From positions 310,001-374,000 of the forward strand of contig OZ025658.1 in the NCBI GenBank assembly GCA_964019335.1: DNA of 64,000 nt. Direction: 5' to 3'. The notes under the pieces are model-generated. The model was not told the DNA's origin. It worked only from the letters and a program-made list of their open reading frames with translations, and did not search any database. Shown here in pieces: positions 11,107 through 22,610 of the stretch. This stretch comes from Diplonema japonicum. Taxonomy: Eukaryota; Protista; Euglenozoa: Diplonemea. The number at the start of each line of letters is the position of its first letter. The first letter of the stretch is position 1. The translations under genes were made by a program, and so were the position numbers.

Positions 11107-12874
11107 TTAGCTTTTCCCGTTGCTGAATTGCTTTGCCCTGATTAAGGCCTCGAGGCGCTCTTCAAGTGAGTCAATTTGCCGGGTGCACTACACATTATGT
11201 ATATTATTCCCAACCCCCATCATACCTTTTCAAACTTACCACCAACCTTCGTGGCCCCTCTTCTTCTAAAGGTCAAAGGAGGTATTGTCACCCTGGGGGA
11301 TTCCATTCCGAGCTCTATAATTTTGTTTGTGTCCCCTGTGACAGTGCGCTCAGCTGCCATCCCGTTGATGCCGCTAAGATCGATTTGCGACACCTGTGAA
11401 ATGCGCTTCTGTGTATGTTTTTTTTAAAAAAAAAAGTTTTTTTTCTTTAAAAACATACAACAGGTTTCGGGGTTATATTGCCCGCCTGCACCCTCGGGGT
11501 GAACAAAGTACTGTTTGATTTCGTGATCCGCACGGGAGGGGTCTGCGGTTCCCCTTTATCTCCAAGATGCTCTTTTTTGTGGATAACAGATTGCGACTGT
11601 AGCAAGTGCGAAATCGTGCCGTCTAAGGGAAGCCGGTCGAAATTCTTGGGCCGGGTCAGGATCTTCCATTTATTTTTCTTCGCTTCTTTAGATTGCTTCT
11701 TCTTATAGACCCGGTATGTGTCTTGGAAATTCTGTCCGATAATGACCATGGGAAAGGCAATGACAAGCGTTCCGCAAAGCATTGTAGCAGCAGCCACCAT
11801 TTTCCCTGCAGTGGATGAAGGAACTTCATCGCCGTATCCCACAGTGGTCAGCGTGACGAGACACCACCATGAAGCATGGAGAATGGACTGAAACGGTGAC
11901 CTCAATGCGGTATTATTAGGACTCGACACCGGTAAGTACCACGTCTCATCGTTTTCGTCGAAAAAAAGATATTCTCGTTCAACGAAATAAATTGTAGACG
12001 AGAACAAAACTGTGGATATGAATATCAGAAAAAGCAGTAAGTAAAGCCCTTCCGTGCTATTCTTCAACGATCCCAGCACCATGTTCACAGCCTCGTTGTA
12101 TTTCGTCACCTTGAATATTCGAAACACGCGCATTAACCGGAGTATGCGAAGGACTAAAAAACCCTTCGCAGAGTCCTCCCCGACGAACAGCGAGATGTAA
12201 AACGGCAGGATCGACACCACATCGATTACGGTGTACTTGTCCCACAAAAACAGTTTCCGGTCCGGGGTCGATCCCAGCCGGAGAATCAGCTCAAGCGTGA
12301 AGTACCCCATGCAAATTGATTCGATTACAAAAATCGATCGGGGCTGGTTAATATAATAATCGGGGTGGGTTTCTATGACAAAATTAACGACAGAGATCAC
12401 GATGAAGAGAAGCCCCAGTGCAGCAACGATGCGTGAGGCCAATGGGTAAGGAGGGATCATTGTGTCAGTAATCTCCATGACCAACCACAATCTGTTTTTG
12501 AAGGTAGTCGGTTCTATGTGAAGAACAGTATCGTCGAGATGGTGGAGGGGTGAGGTGTCGTCGCCAGGCGAATCTTCGGGTTTTTCCGGAGCTTCATGTT
12601 TAATAGCAATGTCGACGATTAGCTTTGCGGAGCAACAGCTGCAGACCCAGTCGGTCATCACCCTGCTTCCTTTAATCGGGACAGCGAAGACTTGTTGGTC
12701 TTCCTCTGTCTCAGAATCTAACATCCCTCGTAGGTCCTCAGACCGTCTCCGCAACGACTTCCCCCTGTTCAGATCTATCGTTGGGACCGTCATTGTTGTG
12801 TCAGAGCTGCTGGACGACTCGCTCCCGCCTAGAGACAGCCCTGCGGCATTCACCGCCATGAGGGCCACCGCCAT
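11107..12874 (-). CDS. Voltage-gated K+ channel (Kv-like, 6TM); exons 12874-11459, 11408-11226, 11187-11107
   Basis: S4 segment LRILRLMRVFRIFK and pore motif TLTTVGYGD. Splicing introns 11409-11458 and 11188-11225 keeps the frame to ...IDSLEERLEALIRAKQFSNGKS*. Confidence 0.9.
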
Positions 12875-13010
12875 GTTTCCTCTGGCGACGAATTTTTTCT
12901 TCTTTTTCTTTTTTTTTTTCTTCTTCTCTCCCTCCCCCCCCCTCCTTTGGTGGGGGGGGTGAAAAAAATTGGAGGGAAAGAAAAAATTGGAAAAAAAAAA
13001 TTCTATTCTA

Positions 13011-13043
<33 letters not shown>

Positions 13044-13049
13044 CCCCGG

Positions 13050-13634
13050 TCATTGTAGCAATGGCTCCCTCAACCTCAAATGGCCGATCCCGCCGCTTTT
13101 CGCTGGTCCAACACGGGACGAGTTTATTCCCATTGGTTGTCGTCGGGGGCGGGTGTACGTCCCATATCTCGAATCAATGTATTTAGACAGCCGCCAGGCA
13201 TAGTACAGCCAGATGCAGATAGTAGAGAGGAGGAAGGTGAAGGACGTTATGAAGATCGCTATACACTGAACAGGATGGAACCAACCGTGCCGCCAGAACA
13301 GGTGCATCTCAAGGACCCAGCACGGGACACTTCTTAAGAAGAATGTCATGGCGACCGCAGTCATCACACGGTCCCTGCGTTCGTACATATACATGTGGTA
13401 CTTAAAGCGATATGACCAGAAAATCAAGCCCGAGCCTACCAGCATGTACACGGCGAGGCCTATGGCGGTAAGAATGAAATGCATGTCAACCATCCATCCA
13501 GTTATGGAGTCTTTTTTCGGGTAGAAAACCCAAAGCCCTGTGAAAAAACCAATACCCAAATCCGCGCTCAGCCAGTACATCAAGGTTAGCAATGGATCTG
13601 GATATCTGTACCCAAGGAACCTCCTTGATGGCAT
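13050..13634 (-). CDS. Hypothetical multi-pass membrane protein (~194 aa)
   Basis: ATG follows an A-tract (MPSRRFLGYRY...); about 4 hydrophobic segments; coding-like composition. Confidence 0.7.
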   Translation of the reverse strand: MPSRRFLGYRYPDPLLTLMYWLSADLGIGFFTGLWVFYPKKDSITGWMVDMHFILTAIGLAVYMLVGSGLIFWSYRFKYHMYMYERRDRVMTAVAMTFFLRSVPCWVLEMHLFWRHGWFHPVQCIAIFITSFTFLLSTICIWLYYAWRLSKYIDSRYGTYTRPRRQPMGINSSRVGPAKSGGIGHLRLREPLLQ

Positions 13635-15347
13635 TTTTTCCCCTTTTTTTTTCCCCCGCCCCCTCCCCGCACCCACTTTTTTTTTTTTTTTTTTTTTTTT
13701 TTTTGGAAAATCCCGAATCAAAAAAAAAGAATAATATAAAGCAGCAAGAGGGAAAAAAAAGAAGTAAAAAAAAAAAAAGAACAAAAAGAAGGATGGGGGC
13801 ATCTTTTTGTCTTTCTTTCTTTCTTTCTTCTAGATGGGGACAGTTGGGCGGTAGGGCACAAAAGGATGCTGACAAGCCAAATTGAATGAAATATGGGGGG
13901 GGGGGGGGGGATAGGGGATATGGTGTGAGTGGTTTTTTCTTCTTCTTTTTTTTTGAATAAGAGGAAAAAGAGAAAAAAAAAAGAGAAATAGCATTGTTTA
14001 TGCTATTCCACGAAACGATGTCTTTTTCACTTTTTTTTTTCATCCCCCCCTTTTTTTTTCTTTTGTAAAAACTTCTTTGTGTGTGTGCGTGTGTGTGATG
14101 TACTTTGGGAAGGAGTTCAAAAAGACCATTTTTTTTTTCTTGCACCAATCCCCGATTACCAACTTATTTCACAAGGAATGGGGGAAAAAAAAAAACCGAA
14201 AGACAAAACGTGGGGGAAAAAAAAGGGGGGGGAAGCTGCAGGTGAAAGAACAATACATAGATCAAGGGGGAATTATTTTTTCCTCTAAACTCAGTACTGG
14301 TGTTTTTCTTCTTTCTTTTTTCTTTTTCTTCTTGGTTTTACTTTATTTTTTAACTCCGTACAACTCTGTTCCCCAAACTCGGAAGGTAGCCACGTGGATA
14401 CCATAAATAGTAGCTATTAATTACCAACAAAATATTTTCCCACTTTTCTTTTTTTTCTTTTCTTCCTACCCCTTTCATTTTTTTTTTCTGCGGTACTCAC
14501 AACCTGTTCATGTTTTTCTTCATTCTTCGCGAAGTTATTAGGAGCAGCTATCTCGCCATGCTATTTTTTTTTTTTTTTTTTTTTTTTTGAAAAAGGGGAA
14601 AAGCAACCTTCATGCTTTTTTTTCTCCCCTCTTTATTCTTTTTTTTTAATTTCCCCCTACAATTGAGGCAGTGCGCAATTATGGCCGAGAAACCGTGTAA
14701 TGATGAGCCCCTTCTCATGTTAGTTGAGTGAAGAAAATGATTTTTGCGAAGAGGAAGAATTTCTGACAAAAACGGTAAATTAGATTCGAAATATCGACAA
14801 AAAACAAAAAACAAAAAATCAGTGTGCAGAGGGGGCGCGCCCACCATATTTAAGAAGAAAAAAAGAGGGGGGGATATCGCAACACGTTGGGGATGGTTCT
14901 TCGCCGTTCACAACGGTGGAAAACTTTACTGTCCGAAAGAAAAACAAAAGAAAAAAAAGTGGGGGGGTAAAAAATTTGAACTAAGAAAAGGCAAGGTAAC
15001 TCTTCCCCCCTCTACCCGCCATCAATTGCTGGGCAAATAAATCTGAGAAGGCAAAAGGGTTCAAAAAAAAAAAAAAAAAAGAAAAAAGAGAAAAAAAACC
15101 GCAAGGCTAGGTACTCGGCTTTACGTTAGTAGTTAGACCCATCACTTGGTCCCCTCACCATTGCCCTTCTGTTACCCACTGTGCTGCCAACTTTTACTTG
15201 CTAAGAGGAAGCAAAACCCTCTTTTTTTTTCCTTTTTTTTTTCGTTCTTTCTTTTTTTTTTTTTTTTAAAAAAAGAATTCACAATATCACATTTGGAGAA
15301 AATAATTTTCTCCACACCCGGAGGAAAGAATAAAAAAAGAGGGGGGG

Positions 15348-15540
15348 TAGGGGTCATATTGGCCTTAAAAACGTCGATAAAGTCACTTTTTTTCAGTTTT
15401 GTCAAAAAAAAAAAAAGGGTTTCTAATGTGTTTTCGACCAGACAATCGGGTCCATAGGCCCCAAAAAATAGGTTTTCGCGTAGTTTTGACACTTCTTTGG
15501 CAAAACTGAAAAGTCGCTTTATCGATCACATATGACCCTA
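15348..15540. mobile_element. MITE with TAGGG..TCATAT termini (hAT-like ends)
   Basis: Left taggggtcatat...tcgataaagtcactttttttcagttttgtcaaa matches the reverse complement of the right end, tagggtcatatgtgatcgataaagcgacttttcagttttgccaaa. Confidence 0.7.
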
Positions 15541-15674
15541 GGGCCTGGGGGGGGGGGGGGATTATTTAAAAAAATATCTACAAAAAAATGGTTTTAAATA
15601 AATGAGTCGCCAAAGGGCCGGTAGAGGTGATCTTTTATTGTGTGCTGCCCAATGTGGGCTGGCAGACGGAACGG

Positions 15675-15677
<3 letters not shown>

Positions 15678-15767
<90 letters not shown>
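15678..15767. repeat. (AAT)n microsatellite, ~30 units
   Basis: Read directly from the sequence. Confidence 0.95.
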
Positions 15768-15772
<5 letters not shown>

Positions 15773-16375
15773 CCTATTTCTCCCCTTTTTTTCTACTTCC
15801 CCTTCTTCCAGATGTACACAACAACCACTCGTCTAAAAAAAAAAAAGAAAGAAAAAAAGAGAGAAAACAAAAAAAAAAAAAAGAAAAAAAACTACCACCC
15901 TCTTGTGCCAGCAGCACACGAAAGATTTATCCTTCATGGCTACAACAAGGGTAAAGAAAGAAAGTGGAGTGCAATCCCCCTCAGGGCCGCCTTCCATTCA
16001 AAAAAAGAAAAAAAAGAATTGGTCATACCGGGAAAATAGGGGCGAGAAGAGAAAAAAAAAAGGGGGAAGGGGGGGAAAGAAAAAGGGGGGAAGACGCACT
16101 CAGGTGAGAGAAAGAGATAGAAAGAAAAATAGCAGGGGGTTTCACGTAATTTTTTTTCCGTCATTCAACCCCCCCTTCCCTGTATGGACCAATAATAACA
16201 TACAAAAGAAATCGGAAATGCGAAGTAAGATATCGAGAAATAGGACGAGAAGCAGGGGGGGGGGGGGGGGGGGGGGGGGGGAAGGGGAGAAGAAAAAGAG
16301 GTAATTTTTTTATTATTATTATTTTTTTCCCCTCTCACAAACCATGCGCCAAGAAGAAAAAAAAAACACACTATG

Positions 16376-16408
<33 letters not shown>

Positions 16409-16424
16409 ACTCCCCCTCCCTCCC

Positions 16425-17684
16425 TCACTCAAGCACAGCACGATCCCACAAATCACCATATGCAAGAATAGAAGATAAAGGCGTTCGCCCTCTGTACCCC
16501 GTCCACCTGGGTGTAAGCCATTTCTGCAAAGTCATCGACGACGTCTGGAACACGGACCTGATCTGGACCAATCGCGTGCAACCAGCCGCCAAATTATTGT
16601 TGAAGTCCAGCGGGTCCTCAACATACAATGCATTCTGAGCCGCATCCTTCGGAGTCGCCTTAGAAGACTTGGCAGAGATAACAGTGGTTTCAGGCTTGGG
16701 AGACGCATATTGCTGGAAAAACGCAACAAGCAGCTGCCCAGCGTCCTTCGGATCCTGCGTGCGACAAGTGTGTAAAATCATCACCAACAGTGTGTAAGAC
16801 GATAAACCACCATCTACAGGATCGTTGCACCGGCTTTGCTGCAGAAGCAATCGAACAATGGCATAGACAGGAGAGGCGATGGGGTATTTTTCTAAAAAGC
16901 CTCGCATGGCACCAACAGACTGCCTTGCAAGGGATTTACCAGAAACGAGGGATAGGTTGGCAGTGACGGACCCTGCTTTGATACGGCAGAAACCTTCCCC
17001 TGCACCGCAGTACTTCCCCTCAACCTTGAAGGGAAGCGCTTCTAGTTTTTTAACCAGTTCGTCCATAAAGGTGTCAAGCTCGCTGCATCCTTCACAGACA
17101 AGGTCAAGGGATGATGTGGGAAGGGAGAGACCGTAGGCAAAGGAACCATAACATTTCACGGTAAGACCCGGCCAGACTTCTCGGATGGCGTCTTGAATAG
17201 TGGACCGGCACCTGTTCCGAACAGCAGCTTCTTCTGGGGATAGTTTGAGGAGTTTAGCTAGCTCGTTGGCTTCAGCGCCAAGTTTGATATCGTCTTTTAG
17301 TGTGCCTTGTGGGTACCATGGGGTGGTCACGATGGTTTGCCCGTTTTCGTTATGCCGTCTTCTTTTGTCGATGGTTTTGCTGCCGGTGTTTTCTCGTTCT
17401 CCGCTGCTGGCTTGCAGAAGGGAGGGCATGCTTTGCTGGCCGCCGCTGCGGTAACCGCTGCCACCTCTTTCGTATGGGTACTCCCCCATGCCGTAGGCCC
17501 CACTGCCGTAGCCTGCACCCCCGCTTCCGTAGCCGCCTCCCGATGCGTAGCCGCCACCTGATGCGTAGCCGCCCCCCGACATGTGCCCGCTGTTCTGCCC
17601 TGATTGAGATTGTGAATCTCGCAAAGAGGGCATGCTCACCATGCTTTTTTCATCTTTTTTGACTGGGCTTCGTGCCGCGGCCAT
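16425..17684 (-). CDS. Trf4/PAPD5-like non-canonical poly(A) polymerase homolog, probably catalytically impaired
   Basis: YGSFAYGLSLPTSSLDLV nucleotidyltransferase motif, GGLSSYTLLVMI, and PAP-associated LYVEDPLDFNNNLA. N-terminal GGGYAS repeats. Confidence 0.85.
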   Translation of the reverse strand: MAAARSPVKKDEKSMVSMPSLRDSQSQSGQNSGHMSGGGYASGGGYASGGGYGSGGAGYGSGAYGMGEYPYERGGSGYRSGGQQSMPSLLQASSGERENTGSKTIDKRRRHNENGQTIVTTPWYPQGTLKDDIKLGAEANELAKLLKLSPEEAAVRNRCRSTIQDAIREVWPGLTVKCYGSFAYGLSLPTSSLDLVCEGCSELDTFMDELVKKLEALPFKVEGKYCGAGEGFCRIKAGSVTANLSLVSGKSLARQSVGAMRGFLEKYPIASPVYAIVRLLLQQSRCNDPVDGGLSSYTLLVMILHTCRTQDPKDAGQLLVAFFQQYASPKPETTVISAKSSKATPKDAAQNALYVEDPLDFNNNLAAGCTRLVQIRSVFQTSSMTLQKWLTPRWTGYRGRTPLSSILAYGDLWDRAVLE

Positions 17685-17840
17685 TTTGTTTTTTTATTGT
17701 TTTTTTTTACCCCCTCCTTTTTTTTGTTGGAGGAAAATGGGGAAATAATTTAAAAAAAAAAAAAAGAGAAGAAGGGAAAGGTAATAAAATAAGAGAAACA
17801 GAGCCCATGCACCCCCCACAAACCTTTGAGAACCAAAAAG

Positions 17841-17878
<38 letters not shown>

Positions 17879-19874
17879 GAATCCCCCGGAAGAAAAAAAA
17901 AAGGAAAAATTCACTATGATGGAAGGGGGGAAGGGGGGAATTTGTCAGCAGCGGTCCACCGTGGTGGCGTAAAAAAAAGGGGGGGGAGAAAAGGTTTTTC
18001 CCCACTAGGGGGGATGTCAAAATCGTGTAGCGTCGGACATATTTTTTTGGGGGGGGTGACACGGACATTTTGATGTTCCAGGTGCCCTTGATGCCAACCA
18101 TACGCGAAGAGAATTACAACCGAAGTACTCCCCCCCAAAAAAAAATAAAGAAAGAGGTAAAAAGAAAGAAGAAAAAGAAATATGAAAACCATATTGTTAA
18201 GCTATCTGATCATGGCCGTAATCTAGATGGTACACAGTACCTCAAAAAAAAGAGGGGAAAAAAAAAGAAAAAAAAGGGGGGGTGCACTGTCGTCAGGTAT
18301 GTACCGTCCTATTCATACAATTTGCAATTGGTACTGTTAAAAAAGGTTTGGTAATGAAAACGACAAGAATGGAAATGTTGCTGAACGAAAAAAGTCGAAA
18401 TATTGGGGGGGGGGGGGGGGGGGAGGAGTAAATTTCCACAGCTTTTGCGCAACCAGGGGGGGTATGTGCTTTAACACCAGAGTGACCACAAAAAATTTCA
18501 TTTCGAAAAAATTCGAAAACGAAAAAAAAAAAAAAAAAAAAAAGAAATACTACATTCTCAAGATTTTCCCCAAAATTCCCCATTCAGCACCCTAGAGCAT
18601 TTCGGTCTTTGCTTTTCGACGAGTTTTAGAGAGATGGAGTGTAGAGACGTGATCGAACACTGATAGTCCTCTCTCTCTCGCTCTCTCTCTCCCCCCTCCC
18701 TTTAGAGCAAATAAGAAAACCTAGCTTCCCTTCTCCTTTTTTTTCTTTAAAGAATTCAAATCAGATCACATAACTTCATAAAGAAAAAAAAAAAAAAAAA
18801 AAAAAAAAAGACAATCCCACTTGAGTGCCTCTCTCTCTCTGGTGTGAGTTTCTATTTATTTCCTGCTCTCCTTCTGAAGCGTTGTTTTCGGTAATTCAAC
18901 CCTTTATGGTCCTTTCTTGTATGTGCCCTTTAACATCCCGCGGCTTGCGCCATTTGCTAAAGGTGTTGCCCCCCCACGGGTTTTGCCAAAAGAATTCACA
19001 TTTTTTTTTTCCAAAGGCCAAGAAGAAGAATTTGTGAATCCATGATTTCCCCTCCCCTGTTTTTTTTTTTTTTTTTTCTGATGTCACCACAGTTTAAGTT
19101 CAAGCCAGGGAAAAGAAGAAAGAAAAGAAAAAGAAAGATGAAGAAAATAAATAATAAAAAAAAAAGAAATAGCTATATATGTTCACAGTGATCTTCTGTA
19201 ATATAAAAAATTCACCGGAGGCCTATGGCCTCAAGGGATTTCTTTTCTTCTTTTTTTTTTTCTTCCAAGAGAGTGACAGAAAGTTCATTGGGCGTGAATA
19301 ATAAAGGAGGTTTACTCCTCAATGTTACCTCATTTCAGTATCCCCACATTTTGGTACCAAATTTGCTTAAAAGGGCTTTTACTGGGCCAGTGCGCCTCTC
19401 TCCCCGCAGGGGCAGGGACCAATCACCGACTTCTGCCGAAGAAATTGGGTTTTCTGGAATGAAATAAAATAGGGGTGCCGCGAATGAAGTAAAATCGAGA
19501 GTAAAAAAAAAAAAAAAAAGAAAAAAAAAAAAAAAGCAGCATTGACGGTAGCATTTTTTACATCATCTTGTTTTTCTTCCTTTTTTTATATCCTATAATT
19601 CATTGACAAATTTCCTGTTCCCATTTTTTCGGTTTCATTTTTTTTTTTTTTTAAAATAGTTCTTACAAGAATTGCACTTGTTTAAATACAAAAAAAAAAA
19701 AAAAAAAGAACGGACCATAAGTTGACACTATGACAGAGAGAGTATTTTTTTTTTCCCCTCTTTTTTTTCTCTCTCTCCCCCTTTTTTTTTCAGTCTTCTC
19801 TGTCTCCCCATTCACTTCAACAACTGCCAAAAAAGAGAAAAAAAAAGTTTTTTTTCACACTATTCCCTTCCAAC

Positions 19875-20396
19875 TTACGTCAGCCCCCAAGTTGCCAGAC
19901 AATTCATCCTGTGTTTTCCCATGGCGACCTTCGGAGGCAACATATACTCTACTGGACACACGGTCGGGTCCGAAGGTAAATTATGGCCATTTGGATCAGC
20001 ATAGGGTATGCCTTCCAAGTAAACAAAATCAGCCGTTTCTAGGTGAAGCGTTGCTGCGGCAAAACGGACCACCGACTCAGACCACCTCTCATAGAAAAAC
20101 CCACCGGTCTGTCATTGTAGTGTTATAAAAAAAAAAAAAAAAAAAAACTCATAGTAAAAGACAATCCCACTTTGAGGACAGCCTCTAAAAAAAAAAAAAA
20201 AACACACACCTGATCCATTGCCTCGAAGAAATCCTGGTACTGAGTAGAGGTCAGGTAAGACAACTTGGCGACCTCCATCGAGAAAGAAGGGTAGCAAGGC
20301 ACGAACCTGTCCTTCACTGACGGCGCGAAAACCAGGTTCTTGCTGAATTTCAGACCCTGCGAGGTCTTAACAATGTACTCGTTGAACAACTTACCA

Positions 20397-20432
<36 letters not shown>

Positions 20433-21451
20433 CCCTTCTTCTTTCAGCATACTGTCATCATATTGTTTGTGGGCTCCGCTGCAGCGTTTACAATGCCGTA
20501 CTCCTTCTTCTCTTCCACAAGGAGAGCAACGGGGTTGAACGGGATCGGGCAGTAGTAAAACGCCCGCAGGTCGATCTTCCAATAATACTCGAATTGTTTC
20601 AACACGGGGGCCTTGAAGACAAACCCAGCCCACCAGCGATGGATCTGCTGAACCTGCATGATCTCTGCAGAGTCGGGCCCCTTCCGTCTTGGGAATATTT
20701 TACCTTTCCCGTGTATCCGTTCACGGTCAACCCAGCGGGGGATGTCCCAATGCTCCGGGGGTACAATGTTGAAACTTGCAGGTGTTGTTAAAACACCCTT
20801 ATAAGCTGCTGTCACCCACGACGGCCAGGCACCAGGGGTAAACAGAGAGTAAGGGTACCGGACTTTAAAATTCACGTTTTTTTCAAACCGCTGTAGAGTT
20901 TCATATGCGGTGGTAGCCTGTTTCGGAGGAACCAACATTACGAAGGTCACCCGCACACCATGGGTTGGCCTATCGAATCTTGCTTTTGTTTGCTGAAAGG
21001 TTGAGTTAGGGTCACCTTTCGGCCATACAACTGGCGGGGTGAGGGACACCATCCCTACACTGTGTTGGCATTTTTCCGCGCACGTTTGCCGCCGTCTTTC
21101 TGATGTGCAAGAGAGTTCTATCCTTATGTTGTCGGTGCATTCGCACCATCCCGCTGAACCCTCTCCGATTATGGTGTCGCAGGCTTTGTCTCTCGCTTTG
21201 TTCCGTTCTCCATATGGCACGCAGTAGTCCACGTGTCGCCACCCCAAGCACGGTCCTGTCACCACCTTCAACGCCTTCGTCGCCTCCGTGATCCTGTCCC
21301 CGGTGTTCTTCATCCTTGATGAGATCAACAACTCCCCCCTAATCGACGATATTACATACACAGCAAGGCACATCGTGATGATGGCCGCCCATTGCGCTGC
21401 GAGGCGGGCCTCTCTTGTAGGGTATTCTGGACTGTGTCTTAGAAACCTCAT
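19875..21451 (-). CDS. GT15 (KRE2/MNT1-like) alpha-mannosyltransferase family type II membrane protein; exons 21451-20453, 20398-20210, 20108-19875
   Basis: N-terminal TM, FEYYWKID, and after splicing YQDFFEAMDQ|TGGFFYERWSE, which matches the GT15 GGFFYERW motif. Confidence 0.8.
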
Positions 21452-21556
21452 TATTCCATTTGTTATTTTTTTTTTTTTTGTTTAGTGTATTTTATATGGG
21501 GCGCTTTTTTTTTTTTTTTTTTTTTTTTTAAAGTTTTGCCTTGGGTTTGTAACAGG

Positions 21557-21590
<34 letters not shown>

Positions 21591-21592
<2 letters not shown>

Positions 21593-22610
21593 ATTGTATA
21601 GTATGGAGTGCTGCTGTGCAGTGTTTCCACAGCTCGTGCGTTTCTTCGATTTCCTGCAGGATTTCTCTTAGCAACCTATCACGGGATGTGAAATCTTTCA
21701 GAGCGTCAAAAGCCATCGCCAGCCGGTATGTGCAGAGCAACCTCGGTTTGTTGTGCAAAGCAGTGTGGGGGAGAGCGTTGAACGCGTCCAAAGCACGCTT
21801 CAGCTCTGCTCCAGCAGAGTCCACGCTACCCGACTTCAACAGACTCCACCCGAGGAGGGAACGGCCCGTCGCTGTGTCAAGGTGCGCGTCCCCCCAATGA
21901 CCCTGCAAGACATCCACACCTTCCCGCAGTTCCACAACAGCCTCGGTGTGGTGTCCCAACTCGCTCAAGCATGACCCTATGCGGCACCGTGTCAATCCGG
22001 TATGGTGTGATTGCGGCCCGTCTGCTTTAATTAAAATTTGCAGGGCTCGTGTAAGGTGTTTCAAAGCGGTGCGTGCATCACCTTCCCGCAGCAAGGCAAC
22101 GCCTAGCAAAGCCCTGCATGTGGCAGTGTTCGGGTGTCCTGGGAAGGTGTCTGTGAGAATCTGCAACGATTCCGTTAAATATGAAACTGCCGAGTCCTGG
22201 TCCGACAGGGCAAGTAGAGCCAAGGTTCTCGCCACGAAAGGTGAGTTGTGGCCGTGGAGTTGCTTGTAATGAACGAGCTGACATAGGAGATCGTCTGTTG
22301 ATGCGGCAAGCCATGGTGTGGGGCCTGGTAGTGCACCGCCTCTTGTCGACTGCTGTGTCCGATGGGGGTTCACAGCGGGGAATTTCTTCTGTTCTGCCAC
22401 GGGGCGTTTCATGCACCGGGTACAGTACCACAGGGCGCATCGGGGGGTCAGCTTGCCACCGCACTGCCACCCGTTTTCGCCGGCTGGCATCATTCTCTTG
22501 CACCTTGCACAGTTCACCCCCCACCCCGTTGCCCTCGCAACCAGGTCGTGTCCGCAGGACCATGCCCCGCTGCCCGCTCCGATTTTTTCTTTTTTCTCTT
22601 CACTCGACAT
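21591..22610 (-). CDS. TPR-repeat protein (kinesin-light-chain-like TPRs) with an N-terminal Cys-rich zinc-binding motif
   Basis: HPNTATCRALLG, HHTGLTRCRIG and HLDTATGRSLLG repeats, plus CxxC pairs at the N-terminus. Start uncertain; the ORF is open to 22859. Confidence 0.75.

Noticed and set aside
15602-16039. Poly-Ile/poly-Asn ORFs
   Set aside because: Translations of the (AAT)n microsatellite.
18350-18625. Possible degenerate MITE (also 710-797 and 27860-28110)
   Set aside because: Inverted similarity is too weak to define ends or a TSD by eye.
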